This document shows positions 1 through 10,916 of a stretch of DNA of 64,000 nucleotides, piece by piece; position 1 is the first letter of the stretch, and every line of letters starts with the position of its first letter. A model generated the notes under the pieces. The model saw only the letters and a list, made by a program, of their open reading frames with translations, was not told the origin of the DNA and ran no database searches. This stretch comes from Antedon mediterranea. Taxonomy: Eukaryota; Animalia; Echinodermata. Location: assembly GCF_964355755.1 (NCBI RefSeq), contig NC_092673.1, positions 21,139,648-21,203,647 on the forward strand. Reading direction: 5' to 3'. The position numbers and the translations under genes were made by a program.

Positions 1-76
1 TTCTGCTTGTATTCGTCTCAGCTCATCTGACCTTGCTTCTAGTGTTGCCATCAATGCTGCATTTTCAAGACACATT
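1..76 (-). CDS. CCDC125: CCDC125-like coding exon 6 (truncated by window)
   Basis: TAG acceptor, phase 2; MCLENAALMATLEARSDELRRIQAE. Confidence 0.85.
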
Positions 77-1010
77 CTATATTAGATAATTGTCAAAAGA
101 AGTAAAGCAATGTAGTTGAATACATTCAAAGAATAAAATTGACTAATTAAACCAACAGTTAATATTGTAATAATTATGAATATTAATTAAAGATGTATCG
201 ATATAATAAATAAATGAAATAATTCTTCAAATTTTTTTGAATATGCCATTTTAATGTCACATAATAGTTATCCATTTAAAAAAAAAATTGGATAGAAACA
301 AAATATATTTATCTGAAGATACTGTAATTTAAAGAAAAAAAATTAGCTGCCAGCCAGTGGGTTTTTGGTTGAATTTCACCATATATTTTGTCATTTTATA
401 AGTGAATACAATTTGAAACAAAATAACCTATCCAAAGTCTGATTTAATTAATCTTCATTTTTCATGTTTTTGGGGGACAATACAAGCATTTGAGGAAGCA
501 TCCTTCGCCATTATAAACAGCATATTGTTATTATACAATACATTATCATTTTAGTCATTTAATTATAAACAGCAGTTTATTGTTGTATATACAATACATT
601 AATAGGGATACTAGAAGAGGTTAATAGGCCAATGAAGAGATCCTTGGAGAATTTTCAATTTGCATTATGAGTGCAAGTATAGCTTGAAGATGCTTTTAAA
701 TGCTGTATAGACTCACTAAAATTTACCTGTCAAACCTCTCTGCCCAGGTGTGTTCACTTTTTAGCTGAGCATCTGCTTTGATGTCCAGTTCAAATTGAAG
801 TGCATTTACTTCCTACAAAGTTTGATAAAGTCAAGCATAAAGGTAAAAATCATAATTGAATTGAAGTGAAATATTTTATTTATACTGGACTGGTCTCCCA
901 AAGGGCCCAGTTATGATCAGTGGCTGTGTGTATACTATGACACCAGGGTAACCCCCTACTTGTCTCTGTACTAGGTTCTTTATAGTGCACATGAGCTAGA
1001 TGTGTACACT

Positions 1011-1044
<34 letters not shown>

Positions 1045-4000
1045 CCGTTCTACTACCCGAACCATGCAGTGAGTGAGCCTTGAACCCTTGCAGTATTAAT
1101 TATGGTTCCACTGTCGGCCACTCACTCACCAATGGATGACAAAGTCTTGGTTGGGCCAATTATGTCTTGGTTGGGCCAATCATGTCTTGGTTGGGCCAAT
1201 CATGTCTTGGTTGGGCCAATCATGTCTTGGTTGGCCCAATCATGTCTTGGTTGGCCCAATCAAGTCTTTTTTGGGCCATTCAAGTCTTTTTTGGGCAAAT
1301 CAGGTCTTTTTTGGGCCTATTTGTTTTGCTCTGATAAACTCACAAAACTGGTAAGTCCTAAAATGTAATACCACTATAATCTTGATTGATCTTTAATTTG
1401 AGGGTCACCTATATTTTTTAGTTTTATCCTACCTTTACTAAATCTTTCTTTTGATCAAAACTTGATTCAGCTGAACGCTTATGTTGGCTTGAAGCTAACA
1501 TTGCCTGTACATTTAATTAAAAAAACAATATGGATATTTAAAAATGTTTAATGGAGATAATATTGAAATATAAAAAACATATATAAAATAACAGGTACAG
1601 AGTAAATTCTAAACCACACAGTGATATACAAAAATGTATTAATTGACTTGAAACGATACAGCTATGAGGAAATCTCTAAAAATGAAAACAAGCCACCTCA
1701 ATCAAGATTCAAACCTGGAACCTTCTACTTTTATATAATCAAGATTTATTTATATTAATTGTTCTTGCAGTTAGAAGAAATGAATTACAACAATCGTGAC
1801 AATTTATAAAAACATAATAAAAAAATTTAACATTAATATTAACATCTCCCTTAATCACAAACAACATACAATTACAATTTAAAATATACATTATATAATA
1901 AAATACAATTATTAAAACAGAAATTTGGAACTGTTTTATATACATTTGTTTCTAAGCACTTTCTATCATACTTATAATTCAATTTGTACAATAGACTCAC
2001 AGCACAATGGACTAGATTTAATTACACATACAGTACAACAACTTTCATCTACCCTAGGGTACCTTTATGTCGAGTTGCTGCCAAATACTTTAATATTCTG
2101 TCACATATTTTCAAATTTTGCATTTTTCAAAATTGTAAAGTTCATTAAATATATTGTTGTTTTTTAGAATAACGATACAGTACTACTAATACTAAGTCAT
2201 TTTTTAAATAAAGCAATTTAAACATTTTAAATACTGAAGTAAAAAAGGAATAAAAATGCAATATAGTGGTGGGGTGAATGACAAAAATAGGGAGGTTTCG
2301 CAACCTTACGAATACGATAACGACAACGGATACATCACGCACACGTATTCGTTTTTTGTAAGCCAGTAAAAATCTGTTTCGCATGGCAACGAAATATTGA
2401 GGGCGCCGTCCAAAATATGACTGCGGAAAATTTGAGCGAAGCGCAGGTACGTGTTGCTTGGTGCTTGGCTGCCTAGGCCTAGCATAACATCAAAGCGAGT
2501 GAAGACTTTAAAAACTGCTATTTATCAAAATTGACCTGGCATTTTAGTAAATTACTTTCAATAAAGGTATAATTATATTATAGTCATGAATCATTCCTGA
2601 TTCAAATGCAAAATGTGCAAAATAGATCAAAAACTATACTCGTTTTGTAGTTACGAATATGACTGGTGATATTCGTCAACATGAATACGCTTTACGAATA
2701 TGAAATGGGGATCAGCTCAAAAGTTTCACAAATGTGTGACGTATCCGTTTTCGTTATCGTATTCGTAAGGTTGCGAAACCTCCCTAATGACCCAAGACCC
2801 AACACCTCACATCCGCATTTGAGTATGGTACCAGAACACGATTTGTGTACCACTGCAATGACATCAATTGTAATACATAAAATGACAAGAAATATAAAAG
2901 AAAAAGCAACTTACATGAGTATACTAGGAATATTGAAAAGAAAGAAAAGATGCAATCAGAAGAAATAATATTATTATTAAAGGAAGATATAAGTTATTAT
3001 CTACATAATTCAGATAATTAATTTAATATGGAGAAAATATTATCATGGGTGGTGCATGTGAATCGGTGACAATAATGAGTGAGTTAGGTACTCACCTGGC
3101 TCTGTAGAATCATGATGGCTTTGTATTTACTGTCAAGTTGCCTTCTACAAGCATCTAATTCATTCTGAAGCACCTCAACTTCCTGAAATAAATACAAAAT
3201 ATATTTGTATAATATTTTAGAAACTTTTGAATATATGATTAAAAGTTAAAGAGTATGTTTACAAGGAACATTTCGTCTAAGACCGAGTACTTAACAACAG
3301 AAAGCTCTCCCAATACAAGACACCCATGGGCTGGCATACAAATATGCTCTGGTATTCTGAATGAACGGTTTTCAGAGAGTATTGAGAGACTCGACTATGC
3401 CGTTGATTTGAGCCTAGCCAAACCACCAGACCACCACCAGTATAGAATTGTATGAAAATAAATGGTTAACAACCTGAGAAGCTAATGCCAACTTTTGTTG
3501 AATAAACTTTTTACTGGCAAGAGTTAGTTCCTGACTCATTTCGGTAGCTTCAGTATCTGAAAAATTGAAATTGTTTACATGATGCTATCCAACTACAGAT
3601 TAATGTAGTAGGTTTATACAGGCTTTCTTATTTTGGATAGGTTACTGTATAATTATAATCGAGAGGTATTTTAAATGAAACAATATACTTATTTTAAATA
3701 TTTATCTAACTTAATTAACATACAGAGCATATTAGGGAGGTTTCGCAACCTTACGAATATGATAATGAAAACTGATATGTCACACATTTGTGAAACTTTT
3801 GAGCTGATACCCATTTCATATTCGTAAAGCGTATTCGTGTTGACGAATATCACGTCATATTCGTAACTATAAAACGAGTATAGTTTTTGAACTATTTTGC
3901 ACATTTTGCATTTGAATCAGGAATGATTCATGATTATAATATGATTATAGATTTATTAAAAGTAATTTACGAAAGTAATTTACTAAAAATGTCAATTTTG

Positions 4001-5177
4001 ATATCGCTCGCTTTGATGTTACGCTAGGCATAGGCAGCCAAGCAACACGTACCTGCGCTTCATTCAATTTTACCGCAGTCATATTTTGGACGGCACCCTC
4101 AATAGTCTCAACAGATTTTTACCGGCTTACGAAAACGAATACGTGTGTGTGATATATCCGTTTTCATTATCGTATTCGTAGCATGGCGAAACCTCTTTAT
4201 TGACAATTTTTAAACCTAAATCATGTTATTATTGTTATTAATTTTAAAGTTGAAAAACATGTAATGTAAAATGAAAATTTAAACAAAATATTTTTACAAT
4301 AGTATTCGTGGGAAGCATTATCTGTGGCCATGTATCATCAATGACACAGATGTTGAGTATTTTATAACAATAGTTGGTACTGACGTGTTGATACAATCCA
4401 AACATGACAATCAGAAAATCAATACTTGAGAATAACAGACATCCAGTTAATTTAAAATAATATACAGTAGAGTATTGGATGATATACTTTGTCTTAATTA
4501 ACTGACTAATGAAAAAAATTTGTGAATATATTTTGCTACCTTGTAATATATGCTTTCTAATAATGCACTTTGTCTATACAGTATATTTTTTAAGACAGGG
4601 GACACTATGAAACGAATGAGAGTCTTTATATGTTTTAAACACTATGGCCCACCTCTATTCAGGGGTCACCTATATTAAAAAGACACTTTGTTAGGTCCCG
4701 AAGGTTTTCCGTTAATAGAGGTTTTACTGTTCAGTTACTACCTAATTTATTGGGGGAAAAAACGTCAATAGAGGATGGATGAACATTATGTGATTATTTT
4801 TTACCTCCATGTTTCTGTTCAGAAATTTTCTCTTGTTCCCTCTTAAAGTTGACTTCTCTCATATTATGTTCGTAAAGTTGTTTCTGTTGTCGAATGGATG
4901 TTCCAATCTGAACGCCATCCATCGTTGGAAATGCCTCTGACGAACGATCCTCACTTAAAGACTTTGTCCAGACATTATTAATTCTTTTATTGTTACAAAC
5001 ATTAACTTTAAGTCCTGGATCTGAACAGCATTTATGACATGAACTGTTGTGGTTGATGCAAAGCAAACTACCTGGTTTTAAGCCGTAGCCTAAGCCTAGA
5101 TCACCTCGAGATAGATTGTAAGTATCGTCAGAAGATGTGGTCACTCCGGTACATACATCACAGCTTTTCGAAGACAT
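1..5177 (-). CDS. CCDC125: CCDC125-like coiled-coil protein, 5' part (6 coding exons; continues beyond left edge)
   Basis: Exons 5177-4805, 3556-3474, 3182-3096, 1504-1433, 812-727, 76-1 join in frame at GT-AG sites. Peptides GDLGLGYGLKPG, EVEVLQNELDACRRQLDSKYKAIMILQSQ and EVNALQFELD...WAERFDRMCLENAAL resemble vertebrate CCDC125 as I recall it (GDLGYGLGRKPG; EINALQWEIE..WIQKYDRLNCENAVL). Confidence 0.88.
191..483. mobile_element. Degenerate Kolobok-like MITE
   Basis: TTAA+AGATGTAT left end and GGGGGACAATAC right end; interior similar to 14013-14327. Confidence 0.55.
727..812 (-). CDS. CCDC125: CCDC125-like coding exon 5
   Basis: TAG acceptor, GTAAAT donor; EVNALQFELDIKADAQLKSEHTWAERFD(R). 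Confidence 0.88.
874..1130 (-). mobile_element. tRNA-derived SINE with Deu/Nin-like core
   Basis: Minus strand: A-box-like TGGCCGACAGTGG, B-box-like GGTTCAAGGCT, core CTCAGATAAGGACTATAAACCGTAGGTCC...GTGCACTATAAAGAACC, A-rich tail. Confidence 0.6.
1141..1320. repeat. 20-bp minisatellite (CATGTCTTGGTTGGGCCAAT)~9
   Basis: Tandem units read directly, degenerating rightwards. Confidence 0.92.
1433..1504 (-). CDS. CCDC125: CCDC125-like coding exon 4
   Basis: CAG acceptor, GTAGGA donor; AMLASSQHKRSAESSFDQKKDLVK, 72 nt. Confidence 0.8.
2289..2785. mobile_element. ~500-bp MITE copy 1 (AAT TSD; PIF/Harbinger-related)
   Basis: ~50-bp imperfect TIR AGGGAGGTTTCGCAACCTTACGAATACGATAAC...; AAT on both flanks. 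Confidence 0.9.
3096..3182 (-). CDS. CCDC125: CCDC125-like coding exon 3
   Basis: CAG acceptor, GTGAGT donor; EVEVLQNELDACRRQLDSKYKAIMILQSQ. Confidence 0.88.
3474..3556 (-). CDS. CCDC125: CCDC125-like coding exon 2
   Basis: TTTTTCAG acceptor; DTEATEMSQELTLASKKFIQQKLALASQ; phase 1->0 bridges the neighbouring exons; weak GTTGTT donor. Confidence 0.75.
3734..4198. mobile_element. Same MITE, copy 2 (inverted relative to copy 1; ATT TSD)
   Basis: Same TIRs and interior, reverse-complement of copy 1. Confidence 0.88.
4805..5177 (-). CDS. CCDC125: CCDC125-like coding exon 1
   Basis: ATG at 5177 just after a CAGCAG acceptor; MSSKSCDV...EQKHG; phase-1 GT donor. Confidence 0.85.
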
Positions 5178-5412
5178 TGCTAATTTTCTGCTGAAAAATA
5201 GAATTTTGTTATATTTTGTTTATTGAGTTGTAACAAATAAACAATCCTATTTGATAATTGTGTTTTTAATATTAAATTGAAACCTTGAAAGTTTATAAAA
5301 ATTTGAAAGCTGTGTGATTGATTGATTCAGTTTTGATTGCCACAAAAGAAAAAATTGTAAAATGCACGAATAGTCCTAGAGTTAAACCTAGTCTAAGGGA
5401 ATGTCCCACAGA

Positions 5413-5893
5413 GATCCATTTAAGTCACCTCATCGTAAAGTCGCCTATCCAAAGTCCTGTTCCAAAGTCCCGGAACAGTTTCTCCATCGCAAAGTCGCCC
5501 CATATAATGTAGCCCCATTCAAAGTCGCCTCATACAATGTCGTCCCATACAAAGTCTCCCCATACAAAGTCACCCCGGAACAGTTGCCCATCGCAATGTT
5601 GCCCCCATGTTGCGGCCACACGGAGTAATTATGGTGGGGCATGGGAGAGTTGCCAAGCAGCCAAGGTAGTGGTGCTACCAGAGACTACACGACAGGGCTC
5701 CCCATTTATCCCTCTAGTAATAATAGTCGGCCTCTATCTACTACTACTAGAGTACACGTTCTGTGTTATTATATATCCTGTTTAAATTCCGCAAGAATTT
5801 CATTGCGCAAATCCATACGCATAACACTTGACTTTGCGATGGGGCGACTTGATGAAGGGTCGACTTTGCAATGGGGCGACTTGACTAGCAGCC
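5413..5893. mobile_element. Mutator-like MITE with 10-bp TSD and subterminal tandem repeats
   Basis: GTCCCACAGA directly repeated at 5403-5412 and 5894-5903; AAAGTCGCCCCAT-type arrays at left, inverted ATGGGGCGACTTT copies at right. Confidence 0.75.
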
Positions 5894-5904
5894 GTCCCAC
5901 AGAC

Positions 5905-6375
5905 AGTCTAGAGCCTAGGCCAGCATAGGCCTAGGCCTAGCCTAGCTAGTTTAGTACTTCCTAGCTAGGCCTAGTAGGCCTCCCTAGTAGTGTAGGCCTA
6001 GGCCTAGGCTAGTTGTAAATAGAAAAGGCTGTAGGCCTACTTATACTTAACTTACGACTACGAAATAATGAGTGGTATGAGACGCTGTTTTGAAGTTGGC
6101 CTACCTAGGCTAGCCTAGGTATCGATTTTTATTATTTTTTGTCATGTTTTGTCTACTCGTCGACTCGTTTAGGACAGGTTGTAATTAATTAGTCTGCTGC
6201 CACCAATTGTTATATTTTTTAATTTATTGAGGTCATTTGCATATGTTCAGCCAGGTGTGCTGACAGTGCTGGCCTTTTGCTCGACCCTTTGTCTTTTGTT
6301 AAGTGTTAAAGCTATATGCTGAGTAGTGAAATAAGATTTTTATGTGTGGGAGGCACAACATTGGTAATGGTAAGA
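5905..6375. promoter_or_regulatory. Putative bidirectional promoter and non-coding first exons
   Basis: Lies between divergent genes; minus-strand GTAAGT donor at 6055-6050, plus-strand G|GTAAGA donor at 6370; dense TAGGCCTA palindromes. Confidence 0.5.
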
Positions 6376-8353
6376 TGTTATGAAATATACTTTTGTACTA
6401 CTTGTACTAATACTAGGCCAGGCCCTTTATGCATGTGAATATTATAAGTTAGACTTGACGTGGTGTTAGGCTTTATTTACCTGTGTTGTCCGTAGGCATC
6501 CCCGCTGTAAACTTCAGTAGTGATAAAATTGTTTGCTTCCCATACTAATCTGTATTTTGATCATAAATATGTACCTGAGCATGAAAGATTTAGCTTTCTC
6601 ACGTTTACGACTTATATCGCATAACCTTATTAGAATAAAAACTGGGGAGGTGGTCTTGCATGCCACCCGATGAATGTCTTTTTAAATGAGACGAAGTGCT
6701 GCATGCAGACTGAGCTATACGCATTATGTGAATGCCCATTTACTGTGCACAAACGGGAAACTTATAATTTACATTGCCATAGCCTTGTGTTTTTATTTTC
6801 TATTGAACCTTTATTACTGTCAAAATTTGTTTTTGAAGTTCTTAAAGTTAGTGAAGATATTATTTAAGTTTGTTATTGCTATTTTCATGCTTGTATCGCC
6901 TACTATTTGTATGCCATGTTGGACACTGTTATCCCCAATAAAGAATAAATAAATAAATAAATAATAAAATAAAATAGAAAATAGATATACTTCTACCATC
7001 TTCATTTTGGTCCTTCACAGTTGGTGAGTTTTTATTTTCTTTATACAGTATATTTGTTTGTAACATGACTGACCAATGCTTTATTCAATAAATATTAATA
7101 ATAATAACTTGTTTTTTCATTTTGTTCAAAGTTGTTTCGGAGATGGAGGTTTCCATGGATCTATCTACTAACTGAAAGTGAATGATCGAGTCAAAGTTGG
7201 CCAGTCTTTATTAGCTATATATTTGTTTGTAACCAATGCTTTAGTTAGTATTATAATAATCAATTATTAATTTTGTTCTTTTGTTAAATGTTGTTTCGGA
7301 GATTGGTTTTCCATTCCATTTGGTGGCAGCACTCTATTAAAGGACCCTGGAAGTAGAAAGTTGTGGTATGTCGTCCACACCTGTGTGCAATTCAGCCCAG
7401 TAGGCTTCAAGTCGCAGGTTATACCGCGTACCCGCCATTACATATTTGCTTGTAATATCTGACCCATATTTTATATTATATTTATATTATTTATACTCAA
7501 ATAATATTAATCAATTTTGTTTTCTTTTGGTTCAATGTTGTTTTGGAGTGAATGTTTTGTTGCCATGGATCTATCAACTCTAAATTAAGTATTCTTTGGT
7601 ACATGGATGGTGAAGGAATATGGGGACAATAATGCTGGTAAGTCTGAAAGGTGAAATTGGGGTTTTTTTCATATTTATTTTCTATCGCTATTTGAAACCT
7701 GTAACCTTTTCAACATAAGCATAATTGCAAACTGATTTGAAATTATTCTTTTTTTCTTACAGGAATGAAACTGATTTTTGTTTTTTTCGGCAGTAATTGC
7801 AACATTGGAAGAAAGGGTAATATTACAGATGAAAATTTGTTTTCAACCACACTTAAGGCTCCATTTTGAGTCAGAGTTTATTGGTTATGATTATTCTTAT
7901 TTGATAAGGCGAATGAAAATAAACTACTGCGTGAGTATCTATCTCTAGGCTATGGTAGTTGTAAAAAACATGTTAAAATTTTATTCTAAAAACAAGCATT
8001 AACTAATGTTCTCATTGAGCATGCATCGGGTTTGGGTAGCAAGCAACTACTTAAACTAAACACTTTTTATTATTCTGCCCTCTATTGTAAAATTGTTTTT
8101 TTAAGTGTGATAGGCTTTTGTCCAGATGACATTAGGCCTACTCACAAATGTTTGTTTTCATTGCTGACTAGTGTGCTGAGAATCTGAAACAAGGCCTGTG
8201 TTAGTTTGTGAGGTTAGTGAGTGGACCTAATCAATGACAACAGATTGTGATGTATTAGTTTTTTTATTATGTATACTAATATTTTAGTAGCATATTTACT
8301 TTTAGAAAATTGAAGTTTACATAATTATAACGACCAATGTTAGATGTATGTAT

Positions 8354-9410
8354 GACCCCATTTACACTTCATCGACGATTTCTTAGCCGGCCCGACGCCG
8401 GCTTTCTTTTTAGCCCGCAATGTGTTACACTTACCCAAAAAGCCGGCCTCGGGCCCCTACTATTGTGTTTACACTTGCTCTCGCGGAAGAGTGCTCGATG
8501 ATACGATTTTGCTACATTCACATCATATCCGCTCATGTGCGCTCACCAACCGTCTTAAAAAGTTAATATTAAACGTTGTTGATCTACACTAGGCCTAGGC
8601 CTACCGAAATTTAGCAAAAAAGAATCAAATAACGGTATTTAATATGAATCAAAACAATTGTATTATTGCTTTACTACTAATGTTTGCGTCTCGTTTTCTG
8701 AAGAATAGTAGTAGATCAATACGCCTTTTTCGCGAAACGGAAGACATTTTCGATCGATGACAAACAATGCCGTGCAACAAAGCGTAACCAACAGAAATAA
8801 CATCGCGTTTTCAGCCTATTTTCAGGACAAGTTACTCCATTAATTCGTAACTCCTCAACGGACAGTCGTATGGACAAAATTTTTACTGTAGAATGTTCTT
8901 TAAAGATTAGCCTACATAACTGTGTGTTTGAAAAAAATTAGAAAATTTGTTTTCACTTCTTAAAGGCCATCGAAAAAAACACCACAGTGTATAAGCATAG
9001 GCGCCACATGGGGTCCTGAAATCCCCTGAAAACGCTATGTTATTTCTGTTGGTTACGCTTCGTTGCACGGCATTGTTTGTCATTGATCGAAGATGTCTTC
9101 CGTTTCGTGAAAAAGGCGTATACATCTTCACCAATTTAATTTCAATGAAGAATTCCCGTTCATCAGCAATAATTTTCGTAAACTTTAAACTATAGTTGAC
9201 CCAGAACGTTCATTTTATGACCGCGAGTGTTTACACTATACGAAGTGCCGGCCCGAAGCCCGCAATTGCCGGCCCGAAGCCTACTCTAGACTAGGCTCAA
9301 AATTGAGCCGGCTCGAGGCCGGCTCGGTTGGTACCAGAGTGTTTACACTTGTGCACTTTTGGCTCGGAGCCGGCCTCGGGCTCGCTAAAGGCTGAAGTGT
9401 AAATGGGGTC
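8354..9410. mobile_element. Harbinger-like non-autonomous element
   Basis: TIR GACCCCATTTACACTTCA / TGAAGTGTAAATGGGGTC, TAT on both flanks, internal TTTACACT repeats. Confidence 0.8.
8719..9121. mobile_element. Nested MITE or foldback with ~110-bp inverted arms
   Basis: ATACGCCTTTTTCGCGAAACGGAAGACAT...TTCAGGAC mirrored at ~9013-9121. Confidence 0.75.
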
Positions 9411-9452
9411 TATGTCTGCTGTTGAGAGGGATATGAGTGGTATAATACTAAT

Positions 9453-9937
9453 AGGGAGGTTTTGCAACCTTACGATAACGAAAACGGATATGTCATACAT
9501 TTGTGAAACTTTTGAGCTGATCCCCATTTCATATTCGTAAAGCGTATTCGTGTTGATGAATATCACCAGTCATATTTGTAACTACAAAACGAGTATAGTT
9601 TTTGATCTATTTTGATCCATGATTATAATATAATTATAGATTTATTGAAAGTAATTTACTAAAGTAATTTACTAAAATGCCAGGTCAATTTTGATAAATA
9701 GCAGTTTTTAAAGTCCTCACTCGCTTTGATGTTATGCTAGGCCTAGGCAGCCAAGCACCAAGCAACACGTACCTGCTGCTGCGCTTAAATTTACCGCAGT
9801 CTTATTTTGGACGGTGCCCTCAATATAATTTGTTGCCATGCGAAACACATTTTTCCTGGCTTACGAAAAACAAATACGTGTGATTGACGTACGTATCCAT
9901 TTTCGTTATCGTATTCGTAAGATTGCGAAACCTTCCT
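9453..9937. mobile_element. AGGGAGG MITE, copy 3 (AAT TSD)
   Basis: Same family and orientation as 3734-4198. Confidence 0.9.
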
Positions 9938-10286
9938 AATATTGCACCTGTTTCTCAATGCTTTTATCTCCATAGGAATATTTATCCTGTATCATAGGCA
10001 AATTCTGTAATACGGTATCTTATTGTATCGCATGTGTTATCTGTATCATGGAAGGTTAGGTAAAGATCTATGATACATTATGCAGGTGTCACATGACAAA
10101 CATATGATATGCTGTATGACTGTATCAGGAAATTCGCCTATGATACTAGAAAATGTAGATAAGTATTTGGCTAGCCAGTAAGACCATAGAGATATTATAG
10201 TGAACATATCTATGGTAAGACATACGTCATAACATATGACCCCTTTCTGTGTATTCAGATAAAAAAAACATTCATTTTTCAGTTTA

Positions 10287-10916
10287 ATGATGGCTGGGAA
10301 AATAAATGAAAAGGTGTCTTCGATTGAGGCTCAAAATTCATCATTAAAAAGAAATTTAGAAGAAATGCGAATTCATATTGGACAACTAAATCAGCAGCTT
10401 GAACAAGAACAGAATGCAGTTAAGCAGTTACGACGCGAAAAGGCTTTAGAAATTAAACAAGTAAAAGAGCATGAGGAACAAACCTCCAAAGTAACTATTA
10501 ATGATTTAAAAGCCAAACTGCTCAATGACAAGGAGAAAGAGTTAGCTAACCAGAGGGAACAGTTAAACAGACAGCACAACACGGAAATTAATCGGATTTC
10601 TCGCGTAAATGATGAAGCATTCAAGAAATATCAATTAAAATCCCAAAAGGAAAAAGAGGAGGAGTTTTCAAGAAAGAAACATGAATTGTTAGCAGACTTA
10701 AAGTTGAATATAACAAGATCATTTAAAGCTGAGAAAGCAAAGCTTCTTCAAGAGATTGATGATCTAAAGAAAAGTAAAAAGCATTTGGATGAAGAGTTGA
10801 ATCTGTTGGTAATTTCAGACAGACAGAAAGCAACAGATATTAGACGCTCTTATGAAGAACATTTGCGAGAACTTGATCAGATCAGAAAGGAAGCCAAGAC
10901 AGACATGAGAAGATTG
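10287..10916 (+). CDS. JAKMIP-like exon 1
   Basis: Acceptor 10282, ATG 10287, TTG|GTATGT donor; DLKAKLLNDKEKELANQREQLNRQH, SDRQKATDIRRSYEEH. Confidence 0.92.

Noticed and set aside
1102-1368. ORFs with VLVGPIMSWLGQSCLGW repeats
   Set aside because: Translation of the 20-bp minisatellite.
2145-9973. Recurrent ORFs ...YEYEMGISSKVSQM...
   Set aside because: Chance frames in three copies of a non-coding MITE; no transposase motifs.
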